The notes below the pieces were generated by a model that made no database searches, was not told where the DNA came from, and was given only the letters and a program-made list of their open reading frames with translations. A program made the position numbers and the translations under genes. Source: Hemiscyllium ocellatum (taxonomy: Eukaryota). Taken from it: a stretch of DNA of 64,000 nucleotides. Shown piece after piece: positions 43,819-57,089 of this stretch. Position 1 is the first letter of the stretch; each line of letters starts with the position of its first letter. The DNA is taken from NCBI RefSeq assembly GCF_020745735.1, contig NC_083445.1:8928001-8992000 (forward strand), written 5' to 3'.

Positions 43819-45734
43819 TGTTTGTAAAGATTTGTGAGAATTCTTTAATTTTCTTCTTTGTTGTTTGTTGTCTGGCTATCTCCAGCTCTTCTCCGAGAGT
43901 GTGGTTCTTATACATGCTGGGTCTGCCTGCATTATCTACTCTGCCTCCCAACAATCCACACCATCTGAGAATTAGCCCTGAATGGCTGCTCATCACGTGT
44001 GAGCCAACGTAGTAGATGCTGGCAAGCTACCCAACTGCAGAAGGCATCACAATTAAGTCAGACTCTATTCTCACTGAGGTAGGCCACACTGTTGCAGTAA
44101 GATGTGGTAAACATTAAGAACAGTGGCTGATGATAGTTTCTTCTCTAACTTTACCACCTATCCCCATCCTGAACTCAGTGACGAGACCATAATTGTAGCA
44201 CTCACACAGCCCATCCCAATATGTTCCCTCACCTTCGATCACACAGTAAACCTTGGACATCATCTGTGTACCCCATGTAGAACAAATAAATAAAATCACA
44301 CAGTCATCCACAGTAAAACTTTCCGAAAAAGTGATATAATTTATTTGCAGATTTTTAAAAAAGTATAACGTCCACCAAACAAATTCAACATTATAAATAT
44401 AATTATGTGCAACATGAACCAATTTACAATATAGCAACCTATAAAGTCTTCAAACATTCCCCTCCCCCCCCCCTTCCCAAAGTTGTGTTTTGTCCTCAAC
44501 TCACTTCCACTTTCCCCGAGGCCCTGAATCCAACTGGGAGAGACTTCCAAATTTGTCAGCCAGTACCAAGCCCCAGTGACCATTCTTGATGTAATGGCCT
44601 TTTTTTTTCTGCAAACCCCAAACAGTTTAAAACAGCAAACTCTCTCAACAATAACATGCATCTAAGTGGCACTTCAATGTAAAAACAATTCAATGCGCAT
44701 CACAAAATGGGCACAAATGTAAATGTCTGTTGAGACAGAAAGGGAAAGATTAGGATGGGTAGAGTTAGGCTAGTTTGAAGACAGACGTTGAGGAAAGCTT
44801 AAGAGAAAGAGAAGTGTGAAGACACAGAGGTCTGAAGGACAAGGTCAGGGTGATTTCTAGCCTGCCCTGCTGATAGTGGACTGAAAGGAGAAGGTACAAT
44901 ACGCTGAAGATTCAGGTGAGCAAGTGAGAAGGCATTTGAGGTCGAACAATCTGGTTCTCATGGTGAGATAAGTTTGGAAAGGGCAAAGGACAATCAAGAA
45001 TGGGATCAGCAAAAGAGAAATGGACCAGAATTTGCAGTCTCCTCTTATCTGGTCTCTCTATTATTGCATCACTGTTAGAAAAGGAAAAATCTCAAATTGA
45101 AATTAAATATTTGGGACTGAAAGCAAGAATAAATATACATTTTTTTTTGTTATTCCATAACGTGCCTCATTTCTGAGGGACCTATACCGGACCCATTTAA
45201 CTTCTGTCTCCAACCAAGGGACAGTGAGTCAATTTGTAATGACTGCCTTACCACCGAACTTGGCTGAGATCACATGACGGGTTTGAGTAGTCTGCTGCTG
45301 TGCTGTAATGATTCTGAGTGACCTGGACTTAAAAACTAAAAACAAATGGTTCTAGGTCTATATCATTCCTGTAATACCAAAATCCTACTAAAGGCAGCAT
45401 GTTCAACCAGCAAGAAGTTGCTGGTTGGCAAGTCATCCTGTGTGCAGGAGCTGAAAAGAGAAGTAACTTTTTTTTTAAAGAAAAATCTGTTAAATCAACT
45501 TTTGTACTTCCCATGCATCATGTTAGAGTCTGTGCAAAAGACACATTTCTACCATTTAGGTAAAGCTTCATAAGCTACAAAATCCTATATCTGTAGCACT
45601 ACTTCAAACAAAAGATCATCAACTTAAAATATTAACTCTGTTTTTCTCCTCACAGGCACTGCCTGATCATCTGAGTATTTCCAGCAATTTTTGTTATCAC
45701 TTAATTTAATCGTTCTTGAAGGAAACTTAATTAC

Positions 45735-46290
45735 AATTTTGCATTGTGTAAAAGGAACATAAATGTCCCAAAGTGCTTCATAGGAGCATTATGAAACAAA
45801 ATTTGATGTTGAGCCATAAAAAAAACGATATTAGAGAAGATGGCCAAAAGCTTGCTGAAAGAGCAAGGAGTATTTTAAAGGAAGAAAGCGAAATAGAGTG
45901 GTTTATGAATTCCAACTGAATGCAGATTACCGTTGGCAGAACAATTAAAATCAGGAATGCTGAAAAAGCTAGAATTGGGACAGTGCAAATGACAGAGCAA
46001 CTTCGGGCTGTCAGAACTTAGAAAGGGACATGGTCATGAAGGGATTTGAAAGTTCGGATGAGCATTTTAATATCAAAGTGTTGCTTTTCCAGGAACCATT
46101 GTGAAAGCATAGTTTGATGACTGGACTGGACCTTGTTTGAGTGAAATGGGCAGCAAAAGCTAATTAGAACTGTACTAGAATAATCAACTGTAGAGGGAAT
46201 AAGGTATGAGGAAGGATTTCAGTAACGCAAGATCTGGGAGGGACAGAATTGGGTGGTACTGCAAAGGTGGAAATCAGTAGTAGTAGATAT
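45735..46290 (-). mobile_element. Old L2-like LINE tail; similar pieces near 9790-9980, 21120-21400, 35990-36290, 44660-44950 and 63530-63940
   Basis: Recurrent caaaatttgac...gaccaaaagcttggtcaaagaggtaggttttaagg purine-rich motif. Confidence 0.55.
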
Positions 46291-46376
46291 GTGACTGCTC
46301 GTCAGTTTTCAAAGCAAAAAGAAGTTGAAATGCCAAACTTTCACCAAAGCATTCACTGGCTGAACTATTTTATCCA

Positions 46377-46382
46377 TTTATT
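46377..46382 (-). terminator. Candidate CDKN2D polyadenylation signal (3'UTR about 1.4 kb)
   Basis: First AATAAA I found after the stop; followed by U/GU-rich sequence; marks the end of a repeat-free stretch. Confidence 0.45.
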
Positions 46383-47790
46383 TGCATTCAGCAACCACAC
46401 CTAAGTGACACTAACACAATGTACCGACTCAATGTTTAAAAATCTTGTTCAATCCTCTAATGCACAGAGTAGTCTATAACCAACTCACAGCTGCTGAGAA
46501 ACAAAAGGCCTCTCATAGGACTGTTGCTCACTCAATAGAACATTTACTATAACAATGTCATTATGGCAGTGTATTGTTGGGTAGGGCATTACCATCAGCA
46601 CCTGTTTAACACAAACAGGGTTGCCTCTTTATGCTGCCTTTGTGGTAAAATTCAATTTCATTCACTGGGATTCAGGAATTTGTGTTCTGTACACTTTGGT
46701 CTACAGTTGTGTTTGCTTATCCCACAAGAACTGCAAACCAGTGGTCTTACAATTGAACATTCAAATTGAGAACTTAAAGTATTTCACATTTTAAAAAAAA
46801 TTGTGTGTTCCCATTTTGTAAAAAAAAAATCACTTTAAAGTCATGCTTTCAGGATAAAGGATAATTAATTTTCAAATATAAATAAGCTTGATAATGCATT
46901 CCTTACATATATACATAATTATTAAAGCACCAATGATTCAAATTCACTGCTACATTAGCTGCTGTCTGTTTCCTTGTAAAAGTAGAGAGAAAATACAAAG
47001 CCACTTTGATGTGTACATACAACTCATTTTGCTTTGCTTTTTTTACAGTACTTTAAAATCATTGTAAACACACAGCACTTAAAATAAAAAGACACAGATT
47101 TTCAACTCCATAGTTCACAAGATTTTCTCCCATTTGTAGATGCTGTTTTCTATGCTCCTGTGCTTTTGTGTAGATGCTGCTCCTAGGCAGAAGATCAGCC
47201 TCCGTTCTGCTTTGGAGACGATCAGTGCAGACCTTCGCATTCAGTTGACAGCTCCTGAGTGTCCTAGCTACAGCTCTTCTGTTAAAAGGATGATCCCTTA
47301 GACTTCCTCACAAAATGCAGTAGTTTCTAGAACTGCATTGATGTGCGTGTCTTGGAGCTTTCTTGTACAGCACACTGTACAATGCTTTGGGCTTTTGAGG
47401 CAAAGTATGCACAACACGTGACTCAATTGATACTGTCTGATTCCACGCACCTCTTTTTAAAATGTTCAATGGTTGGGAGATGTAAACAGTAAATGAGTGG
47501 CATTATCTTGAAGGTATTTTTTGCCAACCTTTTTTGCAAGATGGCCAGCACATGTTTCTGGAGGAGTTGCCACAATGGCTCAAAATCTTATTTGTGGGGG
47601 GAGGGGGGAGGAGAAGGGAGGTGATTCAAATTAACAACAATAACCAAGGAACATATACAATGGGTCCACAATTAGCAGTGCAAAGTAGGAGTCCAATATG
47701 GTGGAAAGGAAGGATTCACAGCATAGTCAAGACCACACAGTGAGAGAGGTAAGGTATAAGCAACGTCAGCATTTCTTAATAGGCTCTGAA

Positions 47791-48165
47791 TCAGTGTTGA
47801 GTTTGTGTCTGCATAGCTTGCAACTGTTGCTCTAACCAGGCAACTACTTCAGTTCTATTGGAGGCCCTTGCTAGATCCAGTGGTGTTTGCCCACTGATGT
47901 TCTTCTGCAAAATGCTTGATCTTGGAGTCAGGTATTGGACAAGGTCCAAGTAGCCCTCTTGGGCAGCCATGTGTATTGGCAGGCACCATGCAGCATCCTT
48001 GATGTTCACGTTTGCCTTGTATTTTATCAGGACCTTCATGGTATCCAAGAAACCACTCCGGGCCACATCGTGTGCCGGAGTAAAGCCCCATCTATCCTGG
48101 ACATTTGGCTGTGCCCCGTTCTTCAACAGTTCCTCTGCAACCATTGTACTGCCCAGCATCATCAC
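47791..48165 (-). CDS. CDKN2D: CDKN2D (p19INK4d) exon 2; total protein 170 aa, ankyrin repeats
   Basis: [46 protein letters not shown]...[10 protein letters not shown]...GQTPLDLA. This is closer to p19 ([24 protein letters not shown]) than to p18, and the gene is adjacent to KRI1 as in human. Confidence 0.93.
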   Translation of the reverse strand: MMMLGSTMVAEELLKNGAQPNVQDRWGFTPAHDVARSGFLDTMKVLIKYKANVNIKDAAWCLPIHMAAQEGYLDLVQYLTPRSSILQKNISGQTPLDLARASNRTEVVAWLEQQLQAMQTQTQH

Positions 48166-50864
48166 CTGGAAAGAGAAGCACAAAAACAGAGATTTAGGCT
48201 CTGAGTGTAACCAAAGGAGCTAGCCCTTTGTGGTGTGACAATTAAATCAGTCTGTGTATAGGAGGCACTGAAACAATTCACCAAGGCTTCTTCAATATTA
48301 TCTCCCAAGCTTCTGATCTGCAACTCCCAGAAGGACGAGTAGCAGATGCACACAAACACCATCACCTCCATGACAGATACCATCCCAACTTATAGATGGA
48401 TCTCTGTACACCTGCACTTTCATTCTTACTGGATCGAAATTCTTTTCCTCATTGGTGAACACTGCCTTCATTGTCTCAATTACAGCTAGAGATGAGCAAT
48501 GTCCAAATCCCAAAGATCAATACTTCAAAATTAATGTTTGTATTGAATAGCATTTTGGGGATTTATGGCTGAAATTTTTGGGACTGAACTCCACAACGCT
48601 CTCTATTTTTCTGTATAAATTATAATTTACCATGGATTGAATCCCTTGCCATTTGAGTGAGCGAAGAATACACACTGAAGAATTGGAATAGGTGATTCAA
48701 CCTCTCAAGCATGTTTAGAGTCCCTACAGTGTAGAAACAGGCCCTTCAGCCCAACTATTCAGTTACGGTTCAGCTGTACTGCAGCAAGATGGCAAACAAT
48801 AAAGATTCACCAATTGTACATATTTCCTACTTAATGGCTCTGGGGAATGGAAATTAGGCCGAACTGTATTTTTAGGGGTAACTGTGGGCTTTGGTAATAT
48901 TGGAGAGATGATTCTTGGGTTTTGGAGAGGAGCGACAACAGCATAGGGTTTATTTTTGATATTGCTGCTTGTAGAGAAGGAACCTACAATTAGACACAAT
49001 TATGGTTTCGATCATTGGTGGAATCTTGCCCGAGTAATTCAGGCAGCAGTGTGGAAAACAGGCACTAACAGATCATGTTTGGTTCCTATTGAAATTAATG
49101 GTGAGAGGGGAAAATAGAGGGGTGCAAGGTTTTAGGAAAATAAAGGGGGTGGGCATGTTAGTGGTGCACTTTAGCAACCTAAGTTTGTTACTTTGTAAGG
49201 CATCTTGCACACATCGAATTTGATTTTGTTTGAAATCAGTTTCTGGGCATGTTTGTGTGTGCCCGGCGATCTGTGTCTGTCTCCCTTTCTGTCTCACAGC
49301 TGCAGAACAATGTAAACATTCTAATCATGCATCTCTCTGACTCTCCCACAGCTGCAAGAAGATGTAGACATATGTAGACATCGCAATTACTACCTTCCCC
49401 TGTGATTGTTATGAATTTGTCTCTGTAACAGCCCCGGGGCGCAGGGCTAGTGTGAAGTCTACCATGGGAACTCAGACATTATGGTGTCAGAAAAACCTCT
49501 GCAGAAGATGAAAGCAGTCTCTTTTACGCAGCAGTGATGGATTTTCAGAATCCAACGCCTTGCAACATTCAGTCATCCTTCCACATGACAACGTACTAAC
49601 CTCAACCAAGGATTTTTGGTCAGAGGAAAGAGGAGGAAATTTGGGCACAGGGCATTACAAATCCAAAGTTTGACCTTTCCAGGAATGAAATTGGGGGATA
49701 ATGCTATGCCACGAGTGATAGAAGGTTGGCAGTGATAATTGCTCAGTCGATTAATCATTTTTAAGCTGAGGTCAAAGGATTGTTCTATTTTGCAAACTAA
49801 AAGTACTAAGGATACTGGACAAAGACAGAAATATGGAGATACCAGACAGTCGTAGATCTACAATTCCACTGAATTTAGGGTGATCGCGTGTGGTCTAATT
49901 TTGGTTCACACTGCTACTTTATGCCGTTGGTGAGAGCTGCGGGTGAGACAGAGTCCACTGTTAAATATTACTTAACACGAATGCCTAGCAACATCTTGTG
50001 AACAGCTTGGTAGGTAATATACACAACCTGCAATAATTATTCTAACCCCACCCATATTTAAAGTGTTTTTAAATATGAAACGTATCTTTACCGCTTTCGA
50101 TTTTAATTTGCAGAGGAGGAACAGTGTAAATTTAGAACAGCGATCGACAACGCGGACTGAAACCGCCCTTTTGTACACATTCCCCACTGTAAGACTCCGC
50201 CCTTCGTAGTAAAGTAACGTAAGAGTTACTGACATATTTGTCAAAGATTGTTCCTTTTCAGGGCTTTTTCTAAATTAAATCAACAATCGGATTATTTAGC
50301 TCCGTTTCCATCTCTCCAAAATTCCATCCCGCCAACTGCAGGCAAAAAATAGTTATCGGATAGAGTTTGGAGTCAGATGTCAAATTATTTCAAATCGGCT
50401 TTTCAACGTCAGCCGAAGGGGAAGGGGTCGGGGAGGCGGGGGAGGGAGCCCCTTGGCTTCATTCATAAATTGTGACGACCCCAGTAGCTCACAACCCCAA
50501 ACTGCGCCTGAACATTTTATTTTGCGTTTCAATACATCTCTGGGCGCAGTCTGGGAACGGGTTAATCTTCCGCAGCAGGTTTAACCGGCTGACATCTCCG
50601 TCACAAGCGGCATCGCAACAGTCGTTTACAAATCCCAATGTCACGCACATCCCCAACTCTGAATCTGCTGCGTTCGACAGCAACGCAGATTCCGCTAGGA
50701 CTTGCAAATTTTTACAGAATTTTTGTTACTGAAGGAGGTGAATGTAATCCTGAAAAGGGTTTCTGCCGGCTCAAACGAGTGTGATTTTAACTGGGAGGGG
50801 GGGGGGATTAAAAACAACATGCTGCTGTCTTTATCACTATTTCGAGTCGAGAGCTATTACCAAC

Positions 50865-51002
50865 CTGCAGTGCGGTTTGTCCGAATTTATTCACCGCGTT
50901 GGCGTTCACCTTTTCATCGGTCAGCAGACGCTTCACCTCTTGCCAGTCTCCCCGTACGGCAGCCTGCGACAACTTATCCCCGTCCAGTATGGTTTTGCCC
51001 AT
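50865..51002 (-). CDS. CDKN2D: CDKN2D (p19INK4d) exon 1
   Basis: [46 protein letters not shown]; phase-0 donor GTTGGT at the conserved INK4 position TALQ|VM. Confidence 0.93.
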
Positions 51003-51099
51003 ATTTATGTGTGTGATTCCCAACGTTAAATATTTGCTTTGCTTTAAGCCCTCCGCGACTGGAGGCGAAGGCAAAAGCCTACTGTTGTTGCTGCTGTAA

Positions 51100-51420
51100 T
51101 CTCTCTCCGCTTGCCGGGCAAGTGAGTTAGCCCCCACTCTAGGGAGGAGTGAAGCAGGATATGATTGACAGACGCAGCCGCCAATCAGAGTGGCGGTGTC
51201 TGCTGCCGCACCGGGCAACATTCTAAATCGCGACTCAACGTTCGGAGGCCGGGCCAGCCGACCAATCAGGGACGAGATGGCCCGAAAGGTGCAATAACAT
51301 ACTGACGTTGGGTCTTTGTGACGTTATCTGTTTTGTTACTTTCACGCTGTGGACGCACGCGCGGCTCCAGAGGAGCTGACAGCTCCCCCGGGGCGACAAT
51401 CGTTGCAAATTTGTGTTGCA
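51100..51420 (-). promoter_or_regulatory. CDKN2D CpG-island promoter with CCAAT boxes and an E2F-like site
   Basis: CCAATCA at 51181 and 51262; TTTCGGGCCA on the minus strand near 51278-51287; high CpG density. Confidence 0.6.
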
Positions 51421-51970
51421 CTGAGTGGCCGAAGCAGCGGCTAGCCTTACATTACCCCCTTCCCAGCTAAAACGGAACCTCAGGAAGAGTCACTGGACTC
51501 GAAACGTTGACTCTGTTTATCTCTCCACAGATGCTGCCAGAGCAGCTGAGTTTCTCAAGCAATTTCTGTTTTTTTTAGATTTCATTTGGGCTCATGTGGC
51601 ACAGTGGGAATGTCTTTGCCTCTGAGGCAGGAGGCCCCATATTTAAGTCTGTCCTTCAGGGGCATGCCATAAAACATTTCTTTACAGGTTGATTATATCT
51701 AATTTCCTCAGGTCAGACAGCACAAGAAGAGTCTGGTCCCACAGTCACTAAGTATTTAGCCAACCTGCTAATAATTCCATCCTTTTTCTTTCTTTAAAAA
51801 GTCAAATCTGTTCATACATATCTTGGGCATGTGAGATTTAAATCCAGGCCGAGAGGTAAGGACTCTACTACTGTACTATAAGATGCTTTAGTCCATTTTT
51901 AGTCTTGAATTTTCACAGGAAATTCAAGAAAGCCTGGAGGCCCGTGAACAGTGTTGTGTCACAAGGATTG

Positions 51971-52932
51971 AGTCATAGAGATGTACAGCATGGAAGCAGA
52001 CCCTTCGGTCCAACCCGTCCATGCCGACCAGATATCCCAACCCAATCTAGTCCCACCTGCCAGCACCTGGCCCATATCCCTCCAAACCCTTCCTGTTCAT
52101 ATACCCATCCAAATGCCTCTTAAATGTTGCATTCTACCAGTCTCCACCCCTTCCTCTGGCAGCTCATTCCATACATGTCCCACCCTCTGAGTGAAAAAGT
52201 TGTCCCTTAGGTCTCTTTTATCTTTCCCCTCTCACCCTAACTATGCCCTCTATTTCTGGACTCCCCAACCCCAGGGAAAAGACTTTACCTATTTACGCTA
52301 TCCATGCCCCTCATAATTTTGTAAACCTCTATAAGGTCACTTCTTAGCCTCCGACGCTCCAGGGAAAACAACCCCAGCCTGTTCAGCCTCTCCCCATAGG
52401 TCAAATCCTCCAACTCTGGTAATATCTTTGTAAATCTTTTCTAAACCCTTTCAAGTTTCACAACATCTTTCTGATAGGAAGGAGACCAGAATTGCATGCA
52501 ATATTCCAACAGTGGCCTTGACCAGCAACACATTTGCAGCTGTGATCTCCAGCATCTGCAGACCTCATTTTTTACTACAACAGTGGCCTAACCAATGTCC
52601 TGTACAGCTGCAACATGACCTCCCAACTCCTGTACTCAGTACTCTGACCAATAAAAGAAAGCATAACAAACACCATCTTCACTATCCTATCTACCTGTGA
52701 CTCCATTTTCAAGGAGCTATGAACCTGCACTCCAAGGTCTCTTTGTTCAGCATGACTCGCTAGGACCTTACCATTAAGTATGTACGTCCTGTTAAGATTT
52801 ACTTTCCCAAAATGCAGCACCTCACATTTATCTGAATTAAACTCCATCTGCCACTTCTCAGCCCATTGTCCCATCTGGTCCAGATCCTGTTGTAATCTGA
52901 GGTAACCCTCTTCGCTGTCCACTACACCTCCA
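51971..52932 (-). mobile_element. Young CR1 LINE 3' fragment
   Basis: DSEEGYLRLQQDLDQMGQWAEKWQMEFNSDKCEVLHFGK; very similar to 10630-11488. Confidence 0.92.
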
Positions 52933-52972
52933 GGCTAAGATAAAAGGTAGGGAGGCTTGGCTACTCTCTCTC

Positions 52973-53008
52973 ATTCCTGATGAAGGGCTTATGCTCGAAA
53001 CGTCGAAT
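52973..53008 (+). ncRNA. Minimal hammerhead ribozyme motif (PLE family A) in a solo terminal repeat, about 52933-53100
   Basis: AUUC-CUGAUGA-A-GGGC(UUAU)GCUC-GAAAC-GUC-GAAU. Confidence 0.82.
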
Positions 53009-53133
53009 TCCCTATTCCTGAGATGCTGCCTGGCCTGCTGTGCTTTGACCAGCAACACATTTTCAGCTGTGATCTCCAGCATCTGCAGACCTCATTTTTT
53101 CCTGCGTACAGGACCTTGAGATTGGTTGAGGAA

Positions 53134-53993
53134 TGGTAGATCAAATTTAATTACATATGAGGTGTTGCATTTTGGAAAGACAAATCAGGGCAGAACTTAT
53201 ACGCTTAATGGTAAGTTCCCAGGAAGTGTTGCCAAACACAGAGACCTGAGAGTGCAGGTTCATAGTTCCTTGAAAGTGGAATCACAGGTGGACCATGTAG
53301 TAAAGAAGGCATTTGGTATGTTTACTTGTATTGGGAAGTGCATTGAGTATAGGAGTTGCGTTGTCATATTGCAGCTGTACAGGACATTGATTCAGCCATA
53401 TTAGAATACTGTGGTCTCCTTGCTACAAGATAGATGTTATGAAACTTGAAAGGATTCAGAAAAGATTTACAAGAATGTTACCAGGATTAGAGGCTTTGAA
53501 CTTTCAGGAGAGGCTGAATAGTGGCTACTTTCCCTGGAATGTCGGAGGCTGAGGGGTGACCTTATAGAGGTATATAAAATCATAAGGGACATGGATAGCA
53601 TAAATAGCCTAAGGTCTTTTCCCAGGGAATGGGAGTCCAAAACTAGAGGGTATAGGTATAACATCAGAGGGGAAAGATTTAAAAGGGATCTAAGAGGCAA
53701 TTTTTTTACACAGAGGGTGTTGGAATGAGCTGCCAGAGGACGTGGTAGGGGCTGGTACAATTTACAACATTTTAAAAGGCATTTGGATGGTTATATGAAG
53801 AGGAAGGGTTTAGAGGGATTTGGGTCAACTGGTTGCAAATGGGACTAGGGGTAAAAAATGAGGTCTGCAGATGCTGGAGATCACAGTTGAAAATGTGTTG
53901 CTGCAAATGGGACTAGATTAATTTAGGATAGCTGGTTGGCATGAAGGAGATGGACCTAAGGGTCTGTTTCTGTGCTGTACATCTCTGTGACTC
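53134..53993 (+). mobile_element. CR1 LINE 3' fragment
   Basis: EVLHFGKTNQGRTYTLNGK...; same 3' tail. Confidence 0.9.
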
Positions 53994-56261
53994 TGGCTGG
54001 CCCAGGCTTATCCACGCCCATAGCAATGTGATTGGTTTTCACCTGCCTTCTCAAATGACCAGCAAGCCACTCAGTTGTATCAATCGTTAGGAAATTACAA
54101 AATAAGAAACGAACAGGACATGGACTGCAGCTGTTCAATAAGGCAGCTGACCACCACTTTCTCAAGGACAACTGACAGCAGGCAATAAATGCTGCCCCCA
54201 CGAGTAAATAAAAAAAATCCAGTGGTCTCGCCTATTGTTATTCACACTCGTCCCCTTGTGTTGAATTCGCCAGTTTTAACAATGGTTATAGTGACTGGCA
54301 CTGCCTCTTCGACCGACCAGCATCTTGTCGCGTTCGGGTGTTAATGTAATTACCTGAGTTTTAAAATTTTATTTTTATATCCCTGAGCCTCAATCGTTGA
54401 AATAGCTGCAAGGTTTTCCAGACGCAGTGTGTTAATTGGAATAACAACCCGTAATGGTTTGGAGGACAAACAGGAATTGCTGAAGAAACTCGGCAAGTCT
54501 GGCAGCGTTTGTGGGGAGAGCGAGAAAAAACAGTGTGTTTATGGTCCCGTATCACTTCTGTCGAAGCAGCTGCCAGCCCTGCTGAGTTTCTCCAGGGCTT
54601 CTTGTCTGTATTTCAGACCTCGAGCATCCCCGGGCTTTTGGTTACATAAACATGGAGTCTATACCCTTGCCGACTTCGGGAAAGTTGTGTCAAAAGGAGC
54701 GCCTTTCATTTCTCTCTCACGCACACTCGGTATAATTTATATGGTGTAACTCGGGTGTACAGACTCCCAGATAACTCTGAAATGATGTCCTGTGTTCTGG
54801 GGTGTCTCCGGTACGCTCTGTTACCAAGAAGACCAAACTGCAGAATTCATCTGAACTTAGCCAAAACCGTAGGATGACTAAACGAACTTTAGTCTGCAGT
54901 TTGTGATGTACCTACATAATTGCAAACGGACATCATTCGGTCACAATATAAAGAAATATCTCCTCACTTTAAGCTCTGTATTGCGACTGGGTTACAGGTT
55001 CAATTCTTTCGAAATGTGGAGTTTCAGTCATCAAACTTTCAGCTTTTCATGAAGATGTGTACTCAAACTCCACCCAGCCAAGGCTTGAGCCCAAAACAAA
55101 GACACTGAGTGGCTCGCCAGCATTGATTGTTAACTGTGTCATTGCGCCCACAATGGCAAAATCGTCTCAAGGTAATAAGGGAGGGATTTCCAAAGAAGCC
55201 GAGGGAGGAAGTTGGAGATTGATCATTGGCGCGCATCCTTGTTCTCAAGAAGTGTGACATTATTTGGAAGTTCTAGTTTTTTTTTGTGATTTTGATTTTT
55301 TTTTAAAATCCCAGTCCCATCTGATGACTCTTCGCCTAAAATTCGACAAAGAAGAGTTTGTTGTCTTGACTACACCCCGCTTCAACCCACAGGACTGGAA
55401 ATGCACGAATTGCTGATTCATTTCATGACTGTTTACAAGCTAAGGAGCCCAGGGTGACCGCAGCGCAGCCGCTAATGTTTACCATACGGACTGAGGCCAT
55501 TCAGCCCGCCTTGTCCGTGTGCCGGCCGATCGCTGCAGCAATCTAAATAGAAACAAATGCATCTTCCCCGGGCACCAAATATCCCACCTCCTCACCACGA
55601 CTCCCTTCAAAAACGACAGTTGCTCCCTTGCAGTAAGTTGCAGGTTCAACAGCCCGCGCCGTGCAAAACGAGTATTCTCCTGCTTAACTCACAGATCACC
55701 CATTACTTCACCTCTCCCTCTCTCTCTCTCTCTGCCGCCATCCCTTCCCCCAGCCAGTCCGGGGGAACTAGATCTCCCTTCATTATTATTCCAAACATTT
55801 CAATTTGAGAAGATGGCAGTAATAGATTAGATAAGGGAATCGAGAGAGCTGGGGTTAATGCTTTGGGAATGCGGGTTCGGACTTTGAAATTAGTGAATTG
55901 GCAACCGGAATTTGAAAATTAGCCTTCGTCAGGCGATCATGAAATTGCCATGTATTAAAAACCTACCTGGTTTAATTAAGGGAGGAAATCTGCTAACTAT
56001 CCTTGGTGTGGCCGCCATGTGACTCCAGTCTCATTCTTAACCTCCCTCTGCAATGGGCAGTGAAGGATTGTCAACACAGGATGGCCTTTTCACATCCAAT
56101 GAACCAACACATATTTTTAAAAACGCTCTATCATATCTATTCTCTATTTTCACGAGTGGGTACGCTCCCGATTCCCTCTTCAAATCAGACCCGGCACAAA
56201 TCCTTGGCCCTTTTCTCGTAAACTGCGAAGTTGTACTTTCAGTCAATAAAAGCCGAAAGAA

Positions 56262-56420
56262 CCGCGGATGCTGTAATTCGAAAACAAAAACAGAAATTGC
56301 TGAAAAAAAGATCACCTGCGGAGAAAAGTCAGAGTTAACGTTAAGGGTCGAGTGGCCCTTCCTCAGAACACTGATTTCTCTCCTCAGATGCTGAGCTTTT
56401 CCAGCAATTTCTGTTTTCAT
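56262..56420. mobile_element. Short palindromic PLE-derived element (family D); related copies near 2150-2330, 30320-30560, 45630-45700, 51478-51580, 54465-54640 and 60958-61140
   Basis: Shared ...ctctccacagatgctgccagacctgctgagtttctccagcaatttctgtttt motif, often as inverted arms, with degenerate CUGANGA...GAAACGUU. Confidence 0.7.
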
Positions 56421-57089
56421 TTGTGCTCTCAGTCAACAATGTCCCAATGTCTGGAACACCCTCCAACTTCACCGCCCTTCCCCCATTCCCATCAACTTAT
56501 TCTGTCCTCCCCGCTCATGCGCTTAGAATTGTCCAACTGCTTATGTCGGTCCTTGCAAAATCCATGGTTCCGGCGTTTCCAGACATTGTTTGTTGTGGAA
56601 ACCTAAAGATGCAAAGTTCCCTTTCGACAAAACTCGGCGCTTCGCAATATTCAACATCATCACTGTTTCTTTCCACCTGTGACATGACCTCTCTGTGGTC
56701 AGCGCCCTATTTACCAAACCCACAATGATTATTTACCTCAGATATTTTCAAAAGTAATTGTGTGTGTGAAGGTGAGATGTGAGAAAAAAAAACGCACTTT
56801 ACAAATGCAATTGTAATTATGGAGGCTTTTAAAAATAAACAAACTGGAAACGTGTAACAAAAAAAATTACTCTGAAACCTATGAGGTAAACCTTGTTGGA
56901 CTTATTCCATACTGTTTGGAGCCACTTTGCTCTGTTGAATCCACGTTTAAGCACACTGATTTATGAGTGTAAACTATATAAGCAAAGCTTGCTTATACCA
57001 GGAGGTGTCAGCTCCTTTATGAATGGCGTTGTCTGGTTTGCCATTCAGTTTTTAAGGCTTTTTCTGCACCTCCTCCTCTTCCTGTTATT

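Noticed and set aside
47855-48165. ARF-like alternative reading frame in CDKN2D exon 2
   Set aside because: The frame equivalent to CDKN2A-ARF hits TAG after about 24 codons. The following 78-aa ORF is a shadow of the ankyrin CDS, and I found no Arg-rich alternative first exon.
51003-51221. In-frame N-terminal extension of CDKN2D (ORF 50808..51221)
   Set aside because: It begins at a non-ATG codon and overlaps the CCAAT promoter boxes. The ATG at 51002 matches the length of known p19.
51971-53993. Back-to-back CR1 copies as a single twin-primed inversion
   Set aside because: Both copies cover the same 3' region, each has its own tail and they differ at many sites, so they are independent insertions.
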